Part shown: in pieces, positions 1-8,618 of the stretch
Layout of the letters: the number at the start of each line of letters is the position of its first letter
Numbering within the stretch: the stretch's first letter is position 1
From: Candidatus Bathyarchaeia archaeon
Lineage (GTDB): Archaea > Thermoproteota > Bathyarchaeia > 40CM-2-53-6
Assembly (NCBI GenBank): GCA_050012795.1
Contig: JBEKGM010000006.1
Coordinates: forward strand, 27,626-91,625
Length of the DNA: 64,000 nucleotides
Reading direction: 5' to 3'
The notes under the pieces: generated by a model
Seen by the model: the letters and a program-made list of their open reading frames with translations, nothing else
Database searches by the model: none
What the model was told of the DNA's origin: nothing
Position numbers and translations under genes: made by a program

Positions 1-302
1 GCGGCCCCGCTGCCAAGACCCAAGATCAATCTGCCGCGTGCCAACTCATCCAGAGTGGCGGCAGTCATAGCGTTTAGCGCTGGGCTCCTATAGTATATTG
101 CGAGAATCCCCGTCCCCAACTTAATTCTGCTTGTTGAAACAGCTAAGGAAGCGAGAGGAACGATGGCATCCCTGAAGCCCAAGTCTTCCGCGATCCAAAC
201 GGAATCATATCCACTCCTCTCCGCCAAGCTGGCGTATTGTACGATCTGATTACAAGAATAGTCTCCGACCATGAAGAGACCTATCCGTTGAGTCATACTC
301 AT
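1..302 (-). CDS. Luciferase-like monooxygenase / F420-dependent oxidoreductase family protein (partial; C-terminus lies beyond the window start)
   Basis: Absent from the ORF track because it runs off the window. Manual reverse-strand translation from ATG at 302-300 gives MSMTQRIGLFMVGDYSCNQIVQYASLAERSGYDSVWIAEDLGFRDAIVPLASLAVSTSRIKLGTGILAIYYRSPALNAMTAATLDELARGRLILGLGSGA with no stop. This is a typical LLM-family N-terminus. Confidence 0.6.
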   Translation of the reverse strand, partial: MSMTQRIGLFMVGDYSCNQIVQYASLAERSGYDSVWIAEDLGFRDAIVPLASLAVSTSRIKLGTGILAIYYRSPALNAMTAATLDELARGRLILGLGSGA

Positions 303-760
303 GCCCAGTCAATTAGCACTGGATTGAATATAGACTGTATTCAGCCTGAGCTCTGTTCCGAGAATTGTCACATTAGACGCTTTGAATATGTTCAATTCCG
401 ATCTATCCAAATTCGACTCTTGACTTATCTCCATCCTATAACGTGTGCTATAGAGTGAGAGGGATAGGGAAAATGCAAACACTCGTCCTCGAAAGGAATG
501 ACTCTTTATGTCAACACGGTCGAGTACGAGAGATAGCCCAAGACTTTGACAAGGATGGACGACTTCTGAGACTCGTCAGATGCCAGACGTGTGGTCTACT
601 CATGCGTGAATACCTTCCATCACTCTAAGTGCAAAGCGTTGTTTAATTGTACTGCCGTTTAGGACGAGCGAGAACTCGTCTCAAGTTGAGAACGACTTAG
701 GGGGTCGTATCACCAAACGTGACCATACACGTCACATTAGGCCGGTCGTCGGTATGTTCA

Positions 761-1177
761 CTACGCCATGCCAAGCTTTGCGAGTTTCTGGAAGTCTGTC
801 ATATGAGAGACCAAGTCAGTTTGAGTAACTATGCCAACTATTTTGTCCTGATCAGTTACGACTAGTCGTTTGACCCGTTTTTCCACCATTCGTCTGGCGG
901 CATCAACAATGTTGCTGCCAGCATCAACGGTTGTGAGGGGGGCAGTCATTACTTCGCTTACAGTCATCTTAACGGGGTCGACTCCTTCTGCCGCGATCTT
1001 CTCCATGAGATCCCGTTCTGTTACAATACCGAATGGTAAGCCGTCACGGTTCGCGATTAAGGACCCTATACCCTTCTCAACCATGAGGCGCGCAGCATCC
1101 TTGACTTTCGCCTTAGAATCAATCGAAACGATCGTGCGCATGATTTGCCTCACAGTAATCTCCGAGGCCAAGCTCAT
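761..1177 (-). CDS. CBS-domain pair protein
   Basis: 138 aa with two CBS-like repeats (VRQIM...IGSLIANRDG.PFGIVTERDL and VSEVMT...VKRLVVTDQDKIVGIVTQTDL). Confidence 0.75.
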   Translation of the reverse strand: MSLASEITVRQIMRTIVSIDSKAKVKDAARLMVEKGIGSLIANRDGLPFGIVTERDLMEKIAAEGVDPVKMTVSEVMTAPLTTVDAGSNIVDAARRMVEKRVKRLVVTDQDKIVGIVTQTDLVSHMTDFQKLAKLGMA

Positions 1178-1445
1178 TCCCTGATAGTTTACAGCCAGCT
1201 CGGGAATTTAATGCTTATCGCATGAAACAAGTCGATCAGAAAAAAGGTCGTGAGACTCGCATGACCTAGAGGAAGGATTGACAGTATGACTGTTAATGGC
1301 GACTTTGAGAGAGAAATTCGATGGCGAATGCCCTCTTGTGTCGCAGGAGCCAGCTAAATAGCTGGGGCTAAGCTTTGGTTTCATAAACGACCAGGACGCC
1401 GCCTATCAGAAGGTAATTCATCTGTTTATCGTATGTGAGCTTGCG

Positions 1446-3113
1446 CTATTGAAGTAAGGCTTCTGGTCGAATGTCAAGATTCGGTCCTGCGTTTACAATC
1501 TCTCGTGGGCAATTCGTCTCATACTTTTTGAAGTTCTCGACGAATCGTAACGCAAGTTGTCTGTATTTCTGCAAGTAAATCTCTTTGCTGGGCCAAGATT
1601 CAACGGGGTTCAGAATCTTATCAGGCACTCTCCTGCAGGTTTTGGGAATCTGGAACTGAAAAATCTTGTCCGTCCAATACTCCACTGCAAGGAGTTCCTC
1701 ATTTAGAACCGCGTCCAGTATTGCTCGACTGTATCCGATGCTAATGCGTTCTCCGACGCCATATGGTCCTCCAACCCATCCCGTATTGAGGAGCCAGCAG
1801 TTCACGCCGTGCCGGATGATTTTGCTTCTGATTAGGTCCATGTATACACTTGGTTGGAGGACCATGAATGGCGCTCCAAAACAGGAGCTGAAAGTTGCCT
1901 CCGGCTCCCTCCCAATCTCAACTTCGGTACTCGCAACTTTGGCAGTGTATCCGGAGATGAACTGATACAGAGCCTGCTCAACCGTTAATCTTGCGATTGG
2001 GGGTATGACACCGAAAGCATCGCAGCAGAGGAGAATTATGTTGCTCGGATGTCCTCCACGGCGGCTCTCTACCGCATTCTCAATAAACGCTAATGGGTAC
2101 GATGCGCGGGTGTTCTCGGTGATTGTGTCATCGTCTAGGTCTACAACGCGAGTAACAGAGTCTAGGATCGCGTTTTCTAGGATTGTTCCGAATTCACGTG
2201 TGCAGGCAAAGATTTGAGGTTCAGCTGATGGAGATAGTTTGATTATCTTCGCGTAACACCCGTCCTCAAAATTGAAGACGCCATTGTCATTCCAGCCGTG
2301 TTCATCGTCTCCGATCAGTCGACGTTTTGGGTCGGCTGATAGTGTGGTTTTCCCCGTTCCAGATAGTCCGAAGAAGAGCGCGGTCTTCTCATTTTTGCCA
2401 ATGTTGGCGGAGCAGTGCATTGACATGACTCCTCGCTTAGGCAGGAGGTAGTTAAGCACGGTGAAGATTGTCTTCTTGATCTCTCCTGCATATGCAGTGT
2501 TACCTATTACCGCGAATCTCTGTGCGAAATTGATTACGATGAAGGTCTTCGTGATCGTGCCGTCGATTTGGGGTAATCCTTGAAATGAAGGCGCACATAG
2601 TACAGTGAATTCTGGAAGATGCTGCCTGTACTCCTCTCGAGTGTGTGGTTTCATGAACATGTTTCTGGCGAAGTGACTATGCCAAGCGTACTCGGTGATT
2701 ATTCGAATTGGCATTTGATGTTCAGGATCAGCGCAGACATAGCAATCTTGGACGAAAACATCCCTGCGTTGCAGAAATCCTTGCAATCGACTTACGAGTT
2801 CGTTGAACTTATCAGCGCTATAGGGACGGTTATACTCTCCCCACCAAACATCATTTTCGGTTGATGGTTCCTTAACGATGAACTTGTCAGTTGCCGATCG
2901 AGCTGTATGTTTCCCCGTGGCGACAACTAAGGACCCTGTTCGTGATATTTTCGCCTCCGCGCGAAATATTATCTCCTCGTAGAGCGCCTCGATGGGCAGG
3001 TTCCAGTACACTTCGTTCAAATTTGTTAGACCATGATTTTCCAGTCCGTAGTCGGCCTTGAGCGCTGCAGCTTGTTCCTGAGCGGGGGATTTGAAGTTAA
3101 GGAGATTGTTCAT
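1446..3113 (-). CDS. pckA: Phosphoenolpyruvate carboxykinase (ATP)
   Basis: Kinase-1a P-loop GLSGTGKTTLS, RLIGDDEHGW and overall PckA-like length. I place the start at ATG 3113-3111 (MNNLLNF...), which overlaps the upstream gene's TGA as ATGA. The ORF track extends to 3131. Confidence 0.85.
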   Translation of the reverse strand: MNNLLNFKSPAQEQAAALKADYGLENHGLTNLNEVYWNLPIEALYEEIIFRAEAKISRTGSLVVATGKHTARSATDKFIVKEPSTENDVWWGEYNRPYSADKFNELVSRLQGFLQRRDVFVQDCYVCADPEHQMPIRIITEYAWHSHFARNMFMKPHTREEYRQHLPEFTVLCAPSFQGLPQIDGTITKTFIVINFAQRFAVIGNTAYAGEIKKTIFTVLNYLLPKRGVMSMHCSANIGKNEKTALFFGLSGTGKTTLSADPKRRLIGDDEHGWNDNGVFNFEDGCYAKIIKLSPSAEPQIFACTREFGTILENAILDSVTRVVDLDDDTITENTRASYPLAFIENAVESRRGGHPSNIILLCCDAFGVIPPIARLTVEQALYQFISGYTAKVASTEVEIGREPEATFSSCFGAPFMVLQPSVYMDLIRSKIIRHGVNCWLLNTGWVGGPYGVGERISIGYSRAILDAVLNEELLAVEYWTDKIFQFQIPKTCRRVPDKILNPVESWPSKEIYLQKYRQLALRFVENFKKYETNCPREIVNAGPNLDIRPEALLQ

Positions 3114-4327
3114 AGCCAATCCCTCACGCATTTCCTGTTGCCGATGTAAATCTCATTAGGCGACTCAGGATCAAGTACCCACTTGATTCTGGCGATTCCT
3201 TCTGTAATATCATTCACAGATCCTGCGTAACTCAATCGCAAGCGGCCTTCCATGCCGAATTCTCTTCCTGGCACCGTTACAACAAGCGCCTTCCTTAGCA
3301 GAAGTTCCGAGAGTTCTACAGAGCTCTTATGATAGGCGGAAAAGTCCGGAAAACAGTAGAATGTTCCACCGGGTTTCGTCACCTTAATGCCGTTGAACGC
3401 CTCCAATTCGTTCATGATGATGTTTCGGTTGTTCTCAATGGTTAATCGTAGGCTTTCAACAATACTTTGAATGCCTGTAAGAGCTCCCTCCGCTGCGGCC
3501 TGGAGAACGACTGATGCGCATGATGTGGTCTGAGACTGCACATTCGTCATAATCTTGACAAGTTTCTCTGGCGCAATTGCCCAACCAATTCGAAATCCAG
3601 TCATTCCGTAAAGTTTGGAGATTCCGTTGATCACAATTATTTTGGAATCGTCAATCTCCTTCTCTACAAACGCATAACATGGGGCGGGTCTCCTTCCGTC
3701 GAACACGAGCTTGTGGTAAATGTCGTCAACTATTAGGTAGATGCCTTTGTTTTCGCAAAACGTTACAAGTTCTTTCAAGAACTCATCAGAAAAAACAAGA
3801 CCAGACGGATTGTTTGGGCTGTTCACGATGATTGCCTTCGTAACGGAACTGACTGCTTGCACGATATCCTTCATACGAGGGTGGAGACCGCCATCCTCAG
3901 GGGTGACTATTACTGGAATTCCTTGCACCATCTTTACCATCTCGGGGTAGCTGACCCAGTATGGAGCAAGGATTATGACCTCATCTTGTGGGTTTAGCAA
4001 AGTGTACAGGACGTTGAAGATTGATTGCTTTGCACCAGAGGATACAATCACGTTATCAGGGTCCGGAATCCTGTCATAGTTCTCTTCAGTGTAATCGATG
4101 ATTGCTTCCTTAAGAGAGAGGATCCCATCGGTTGGGGAGTACTTGATGTCTCCGGTGTTCAGTTTCGCAGCAGAACTAAGGATGGCGTTGATCGGAGCTT
4201 TGTTCTTCGGTTCGCCTATTCCAAGATGAATTACTGCTTCCCCGCGTTGTTTCAGTCGCTCCGCTTCCTCGTTCATTAGCAGAGTGGGCGATTCGGATAT
4301 TGACCTAGCGACGTAGTTCAGACTCAA
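3110..4327 (-). CDS. Class I/II PLP-dependent aminotransferase (aspartate/aromatic type)
   Basis: 405 aa with IHLGIGEP, NSPNNPSG and the PLP-lysine context SKLYGMTGFRIGW. TTG start. The stop overlaps the pckA start (ATGA). Confidence 0.8.
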   Translation of the reverse strand: MSLNYVARSISESPTLLMNEEAERLKQRGEAVIHLGIGEPKNKAPINAILSSAAKLNTGDIKYSPTDGILSLKEAIIDYTEENYDRIPDPDNVIVSSGAKQSIFNVLYTLLNPQDEVIILAPYWVSYPEMVKMVQGIPVIVTPEDGGLHPRMKDIVQAVSSVTKAIIVNSPNNPSGLVFSDEFLKELVTFCENKGIYLIVDDIYHKLVFDGRRPAPCYAFVEKEIDDSKIIVINGISKLYGMTGFRIGWAIAPEKLVKIMTNVQSQTTSCASVVLQAAAEGALTGIQSIVESLRLTIENNRNIIMNELEAFNGIKVTKPGGTFYCFPDFSAYHKSSVELSELLLRKALVVTVPGREFGMEGRLRLSYAGSVNDITEGIARIKWVLDPESPNEIYIGNRKCVRDWL

Positions 4328-4705
4328 CTAATAGACCGGCTGAGCTCCGTAAGTTCTCAAGGATTTCTGTCTTACTCAAATTAGCGAGATACTATTTTAC
4401 GATCACATCAAACGTCGATATTCAATCAAGACTTTCCCTATCTCTGATGCAAACCCAGCACCAATCCCCTTCTTCCTTCACCAAGTTTACACCGCAATTC
4501 GCACATGTCAAAGTCTGCAAGAGGGGCATCGCAGTCTTCGGTTTAACCTCCAGAATAAGATCATAAGCCCTGGCGAAACGTCCTAGCACGCTAACTCACT
4601 TGCCGTCTACTTTGGAAAGGGGAAACTTAAGTTATTTCCAACAATTTTCGTAATTCTTGCAGCAAAGATAGTGTTTTAGAAGAGAAATTTGTAATATTTG
4701 CAATT

Positions 4706-5176
4706 ATGACCACCATACTGGACCCCAAGGACCTGCAAATCCTTAGGATAATCCAAGAGAATTGTCGCCTCACATCTCGAGAGATTGCTGACAAGATTGA
4801 TTCACCCGTCACGACGGTATTCGCGAAGATAAAGCGCTTCGAAAAACTCGGATTAGTTAGCGGCTATCACGCCGTCCTGAACGCTAACAAATTAGGCGCG
4901 GCCACTACAGCGTTCATCTTCGTCTCATTTGCACATAAGGGCGATAGAGCACTATCGCATCGGATAGTAGCTAAAGAGATTGCACGCTTCCCGGAAGTCC
5001 AAGAAGCTCATATCGTTTCAGGGGAATGGGATTTCCTGATTAAGGTTAAGGTGAAGGACGTTGATGCCGTAGGCAAGTTCGTTGTGGATGAGCTTCGATT
5101 ACTTAGAGGAATTGAAAAGACTCAAACATGCTTCGTGTTCGAAACTGAGAAAGAATCCGCAGCAATTCCGCTTTGA
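4706..5176 (+). CDS. Lrp/AsnC family transcriptional regulator
   Basis: 156 aa. N-terminal HTH (LDPKDLQILRIIQENCRLTSREIADKI) plus a C-terminal RAM/AsnC_trans_reg-like domain (EAHIVSGEWDFLIKVKVKD). Confidence 0.85.
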   Translation: MTTILDPKDLQILRIIQENCRLTSREIADKIDSPVTTVFAKIKRFEKLGLVSGYHAVLNANKLGAATTAFIFVSFAHKGDRALSHRIVAKEIARFPEVQEAHIVSGEWDFLIKVKVKDVDAVGKFVVDELRLLRGIEKTQTCFVFETEKESAAIPL

Positions 5177-5245
5177 AGAGAGTAGAAATCTGTCAGGACG
5201 CGGAGGCAGTTTATTTGGAGACATCATGCAGCTTTGGTGATGGTT

Positions 5246-6211
5246 CTATGCGGTTCCGAAACTGACTCCAAGCTGTTTCAGCCATTTTCTGTACGCAATG
5301 GACATTCGGTCAGATTTTAAGTGAAGTTCGGTCTGCAGATCCAGAGGTAAGAGTTCGGGTCGTTGTGATTCTACTACGGGGATATCTTGACTGACAATCT
5401 TATTCTGGAAATTTCGAATCTCCTCCGATTGGTCATGCGCATAGTCCATCGCGATCAGCATCCAGCCTATGCTCTCCACCTGTTCGACCGGAGTAACAGT
5501 GAGGAAGAGCCCGTAATGTTTTTTCGTGGATTCCTTAGCCAATGTCGCGGTCAAGCATCGAAGAACGCGATAAGTATACTTCACCAGCGAGGGGTTGCCA
5601 GTTCCATCGGGGTCAGGTTGCCAAATGGCAATATTCTTGGCTGTAACTCCATTCTCATCGATTACAGGTTCATAGTCCGCTATTTCTGGCCGGTTTGGAT
5701 CTCCCAGAAGGCCCTGGTGTACGAATGGAAGATGAGACACGTCGAGAAAGTTTTCGATAGCACGTGGGCCGCTGGCTTTGTAGTAGTAAGGGCCGCACGA
5801 GACTTTCAAGTATGATGGATCATCCCACTCGGGAAAACTGGGAACATCAAATCTTGGGTCTCCTAAAGAAGCCCAAACTAGACCATACCGTTCCTTAGCC
5901 TGGAACGTTCTCACTTTGGCTTTTGCGGGTGGTCTCTGCTCAGGGTGCGCTGGGAATCTTATGCAATTTCCCTCTAGCTCGTAGACCCATCCGTGATAGC
6001 GGCAAGTAATCGTCTCGTCCTTGATCCATCCTAATGAGAGCCGCGTTCCACGATGTATGCAGAGATCCTGCCAGACCTTGACTTCGCCTCTGCAACGCCA
6101 GAGAATAAGATCCTCGCCAAGCAACCTAACAGCGGAGATTCTACCTTCCACGACATCTTCAGAACGCGCAACGACGTGCCAGTCGTTGGCTAGGATTGGA
6201 TCGCTAAGCAC
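5246..6211 (-). CDS. Rieske [2Fe-2S] non-heme-iron oxygenase, alpha-subunit type (VanA/PaO-like demethylase or hydroxylase)
   Basis: Rieske ligands CIHRG...CRYHGW. Mononuclear iron motif ENFLDVSHLPFVH (D-x2-H-x4-H). At 321 aa the size fits single-component VanA-like oxygenases. Confidence 0.75.
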   Translation of the reverse strand: MLSDPILANDWHVVARSEDVVEGRISAVRLLGEDLILWRCRGEVKVWQDLCIHRGTRLSLGWIKDETITCRYHGWVYELEGNCIRFPAHPEQRPPAKAKVRTFQAKERYGLVWASLGDPRFDVPSFPEWDDPSYLKVSCGPYYYKASGPRAIENFLDVSHLPFVHQGLLGDPNRPEIADYEPVIDENGVTAKNIAIWQPDPDGTGNPSLVKYTYRVLRCLTATLAKESTKKHYGLFLTVTPVEQVESIGWMLIAMDYAHDQSEEIRNFQNKIVSQDIPVVESQRPELLPLDLQTELHLKSDRMSIAYRKWLKQLGVSFGTA

Positions 6212-6336
6212 GGACTTGATTTTGAGAAGGTTGCTAATAAGGTTCGTAAGAATTGAGTGAGTTCACCCAACAACAAGAATAGCTTGGTCTAGGAGGTAGC
6301 GAGACGTAACCGACTTCAACTTCTAAGCGTCAATCA

Positions 6337-7704
6337 CTAGCAGGCGATACCCAGACCTTCCAACTCTTTTCTTACCTCATCGTACAGTTTTCTCCATTCT
6401 TCTGAGGGTTGGATCGTCTTCAAATCATAACAGTCTTTGAACGGTTTGCCTGGGTTTGGATTGACCAACTTATCCTCGTACTTTGGGAGGATCTTGTTCA
6501 AGACGTCGTTAGCATCCTCTCGCTTCATTCCCGCAGTAGCGTGAGCGACCTCACCTAGGAGCCGAACTTCCAATCCTGTGTTGTGATCAGGATGTTTCCC
6601 CCCCGTAGATCCGACTCCTTCTGTCTGCATTGCTGCCACCGAACTCACCATCCCATCACAGGCAACTTCATAGAGCAATTCTCTAGTAACCGGACCGTTA
6701 GCACAGTAGCAGTCATAAAAACTGAAAATGTTAGTATTCCGCGACAAGGCTTGACCGACTACAGCCCCAGCCCATAGACCCCACCTATTCGCGTTGTTAA
6801 GAAAACGTACGTGTGTGTGGCTCATATGATGAAAGATGGCATGATGAATTACCGTCCCGATCAGATGTTCCGCAACTGAAACGATAGCAACACCTTCGGC
6901 ACCAGGTGCATATCCCCCAATTATCGGGGTCATCAAGTTGTAGATAAAAGCGCCATAATCAAGGAGGAAGGCCGCTATAGAAAGATGATCGTAATCTACT
7001 TTCATTTCACACATTTGAGAGACGATGAGTCCGTCCGAGGGACGAATGCCGCTTATGGGATCACAAGAACAAATCTTCGCTTGGGAAGTCATCGCTGCAG
7101 CGTTGTCGGCAATGTGCAGGCCAGGTCTACCTGCCCTATGGGCCGCCTCACGTGCCCATAGCATAGCATTTCTCGCACCGAGAATCTCAAGGGGTGATCC
7201 TGTGAGAACCCTCTCTCCTCTAATCGTTTGAAGGGATCCTGCCTGAAAAGCATTCACGACTGGTTCTTGAGCAATGCTTTGGAGATTCTTCACATAAAGT
7301 TCCCCCTCCGACACGAGAGTTCCTGTCGGTCCTCCGAGGATCATTGGCGGGTTGGGATCTTCAACCGTCCGCTTTCGCGCCACGACGGAGTCTTGGCCGC
7401 ACCCTACGCGAACTTCACTTGGGAGGTATCGCAAAACTTCCTTAACTTCCTGCTCGCTAAATATGATGCGTCTTTCGGTGTCCAAGCAAAGGGCTCCTAG
7501 GTCACAAAAGAGGTCGAAGCCGGCTTTGTAAACGTCATCGACAAGGCTGTTATCAGTTGGAATCAGAACTTTCGGATCGTATTTGATGTCATACTCTCTG
7601 ATCAGTGACATGATCTTCTGGGTCACCAGAGAATCAAAGTCGCTTGGCTTGCAGAAGGGTCCCTTCTGCGCCCTCTCACATGTTTCCATCAGCCTATTTT
7701 GCAT
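6337..7704 (-). CDS. Monomethylamine methyltransferase (MtmB) family protein, pyrrolysine-free
   Basis: 455 aa uninterrupted ORF. Blocks match my recollection of Methanosarcina MtmB: AGRPG, PIIGGYAPG, GLEVRLLGEVAHATAG and GKPFKDCYDLKTIQPSEEWRKLYDEVRKELEGLGI. The position aligned to the MtmB UAG/Pyl residue is Ala199 (GCC, 7108-7110). Confidence 0.8.
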   Translation of the reverse strand: MQNRLMETCERAQKGPFCKPSDFDSLVTQKIMSLIREYDIKYDPKVLIPTDNSLVDDVYKAGFDLFCDLGALCLDTERRIIFSEQEVKEVLRYLPSEVRVGCGQDSVVARKRTVEDPNPPMILGGPTGTLVSEGELYVKNLQSIAQEPVVNAFQAGSLQTIRGERVLTGSPLEILGARNAMLWAREAAHRAGRPGLHIADNAAAMTSQAKICSCDPISGIRPSDGLIVSQMCEMKVDYDHLSIAAFLLDYGAFIYNLMTPIIGGYAPGAEGVAIVSVAEHLIGTVIHHAIFHHMSHTHVRFLNNANRWGLWAGAVVGQALSRNTNIFSFYDCYCANGPVTRELLYEVACDGMVSSVAAMQTEGVGSTGGKHPDHNTGLEVRLLGEVAHATAGMKREDANDVLNKILPKYEDKLVNPNPGKPFKDCYDLKTIQPSEEWRKLYDEVRKELEGLGIAC

Positions 7705-7785
7705 TCTAATAGCCCCCCCTATGCGAGACTTCCCTATGGAACGTGGATTGTTTTAGTCTATCGCCAATTGAAGCGTTGACTGATA

Positions 7786-8502
7786 ATGTTCGGTATCGTT
7801 TTCTGCATAGAACGTTTAAATTGGAACCGGGAATCAACCGACTTGGTAGGCATTTTGCGGTCTGAGGAAGAAATTTTCAAGGACCTCAAAGAAGCAGTCT
7901 TGAGATATGATAAAGACTCGGCGACGAAGTGTTCCGAGGAGGTCCTGAGTCGTGGTATAGATCCCTTGAAGGCGATAGAGAACGGCCTAGCTAGAGGGAT
8001 GAAGGAGATAGGTGACAAGTTTGGCACTGAGTGTTTTCTGACGGATCTAATCCTCGCGGCTGAAACGATGAAGACTGCGATGGCAGTGCTCGAACGAGGG
8101 ATGAAAGTTGGGGTGAGTGAACGAATGGCGGGTACTGTGGTTATTGGAACCACGAAGGGCGATATTCACGATATAGGAAAGAATCTTGTGTCAATCATGC
8201 TCGCGGCTGGTGGATTCAAAGTTATTGATCTTGGAGTTGATGTCCCCTCTGAGACGTTTATTCACAAGGCTGAAGAGACGAGAGCCCACATAATTGCCTG
8301 CTCTGCGCTCCTCTCAACGACTATAGGGTATATGGACGAACTAATCCGCTTGCTCAAGGAACTCGGATCGAGGGAGAAATACAAGGTTATGGTCGGGGGA
8401 GCACAAGTAACCGCGGCCTTCGCCAAAGAGATAGGTGCCGACGGCTACGCCGAAGAAGCAGCCCAGGTTCCGACCTTGGCCAAACAGCTCCTTGGAACAT
8501 AG
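7786..8502 (+). CDS. Corrinoid (cobalamin-binding) methyl-carrier protein, MtmC/MtbC/MttC-like
   Basis: B12-binding motif GDIHDIGKNLV, then SALLSTT and MVGGA, preceded by an N-terminal helical cap. The true start may be a TTG near 7842-7854 (ILRSEEEIFKDLKEAV...), because the first ~20 aa of the track ORF look non-native. Confidence 0.85.
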   Translation: MFGIVFCIERLNWNRESTDLVGILRSEEEIFKDLKEAVLRYDKDSATKCSEEVLSRGIDPLKAIENGLARGMKEIGDKFGTECFLTDLILAAETMKTAMAVLERGMKVGVSERMAGTVVIGTTKGDIHDIGKNLVSIMLAAGGFKVIDLGVDVPSETFIHKAEETRAHIIACSALLSTTIGYMDELIRLLKELGSREKYKVMVGGAQVTAAFAKEIGADGYAEEAAQVPTLAKQLLGT

Positions 8503-8618
8503 ACGCCGTAGCCAATCGCAACGTAACTCTGCAACGGCTTTAGTATTGAAATCGCGTTCGTCCATCTGAACTCTTTTGTAAAACTCATTGCTAATGTGAT
8601 ATTCTAAGGGAACTGATG

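Noticed and set aside
237-458. 73-aa plus-strand ORF at the window start.
   Set aside because: It overlaps the N-terminus of the open-ended minus-strand LLM-family gene (1-302), which has a convincing family-like translation. The plus-strand product has no recognisable features.
1349-1364. Palindrome CCAGCTAAATAGCTGG downstream of pckA as a terminator.
   Set aside because: The stem is short (6 bp) and no adjacent T-tract follows on the coding strand. This is too weak to call.
6337-7704. Possibility that the MtmB and MttB homologues (also 31267-32727) are genuine pyrrolysine enzymes with read-through UAG codons.
   Set aside because: Both ORFs are continuous from start to stop with no in-frame TAG, and the MtmB Pyl-aligned codon is GCC. 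No pyl genes or tRNA-Pyl-like sequence is visible in the window.
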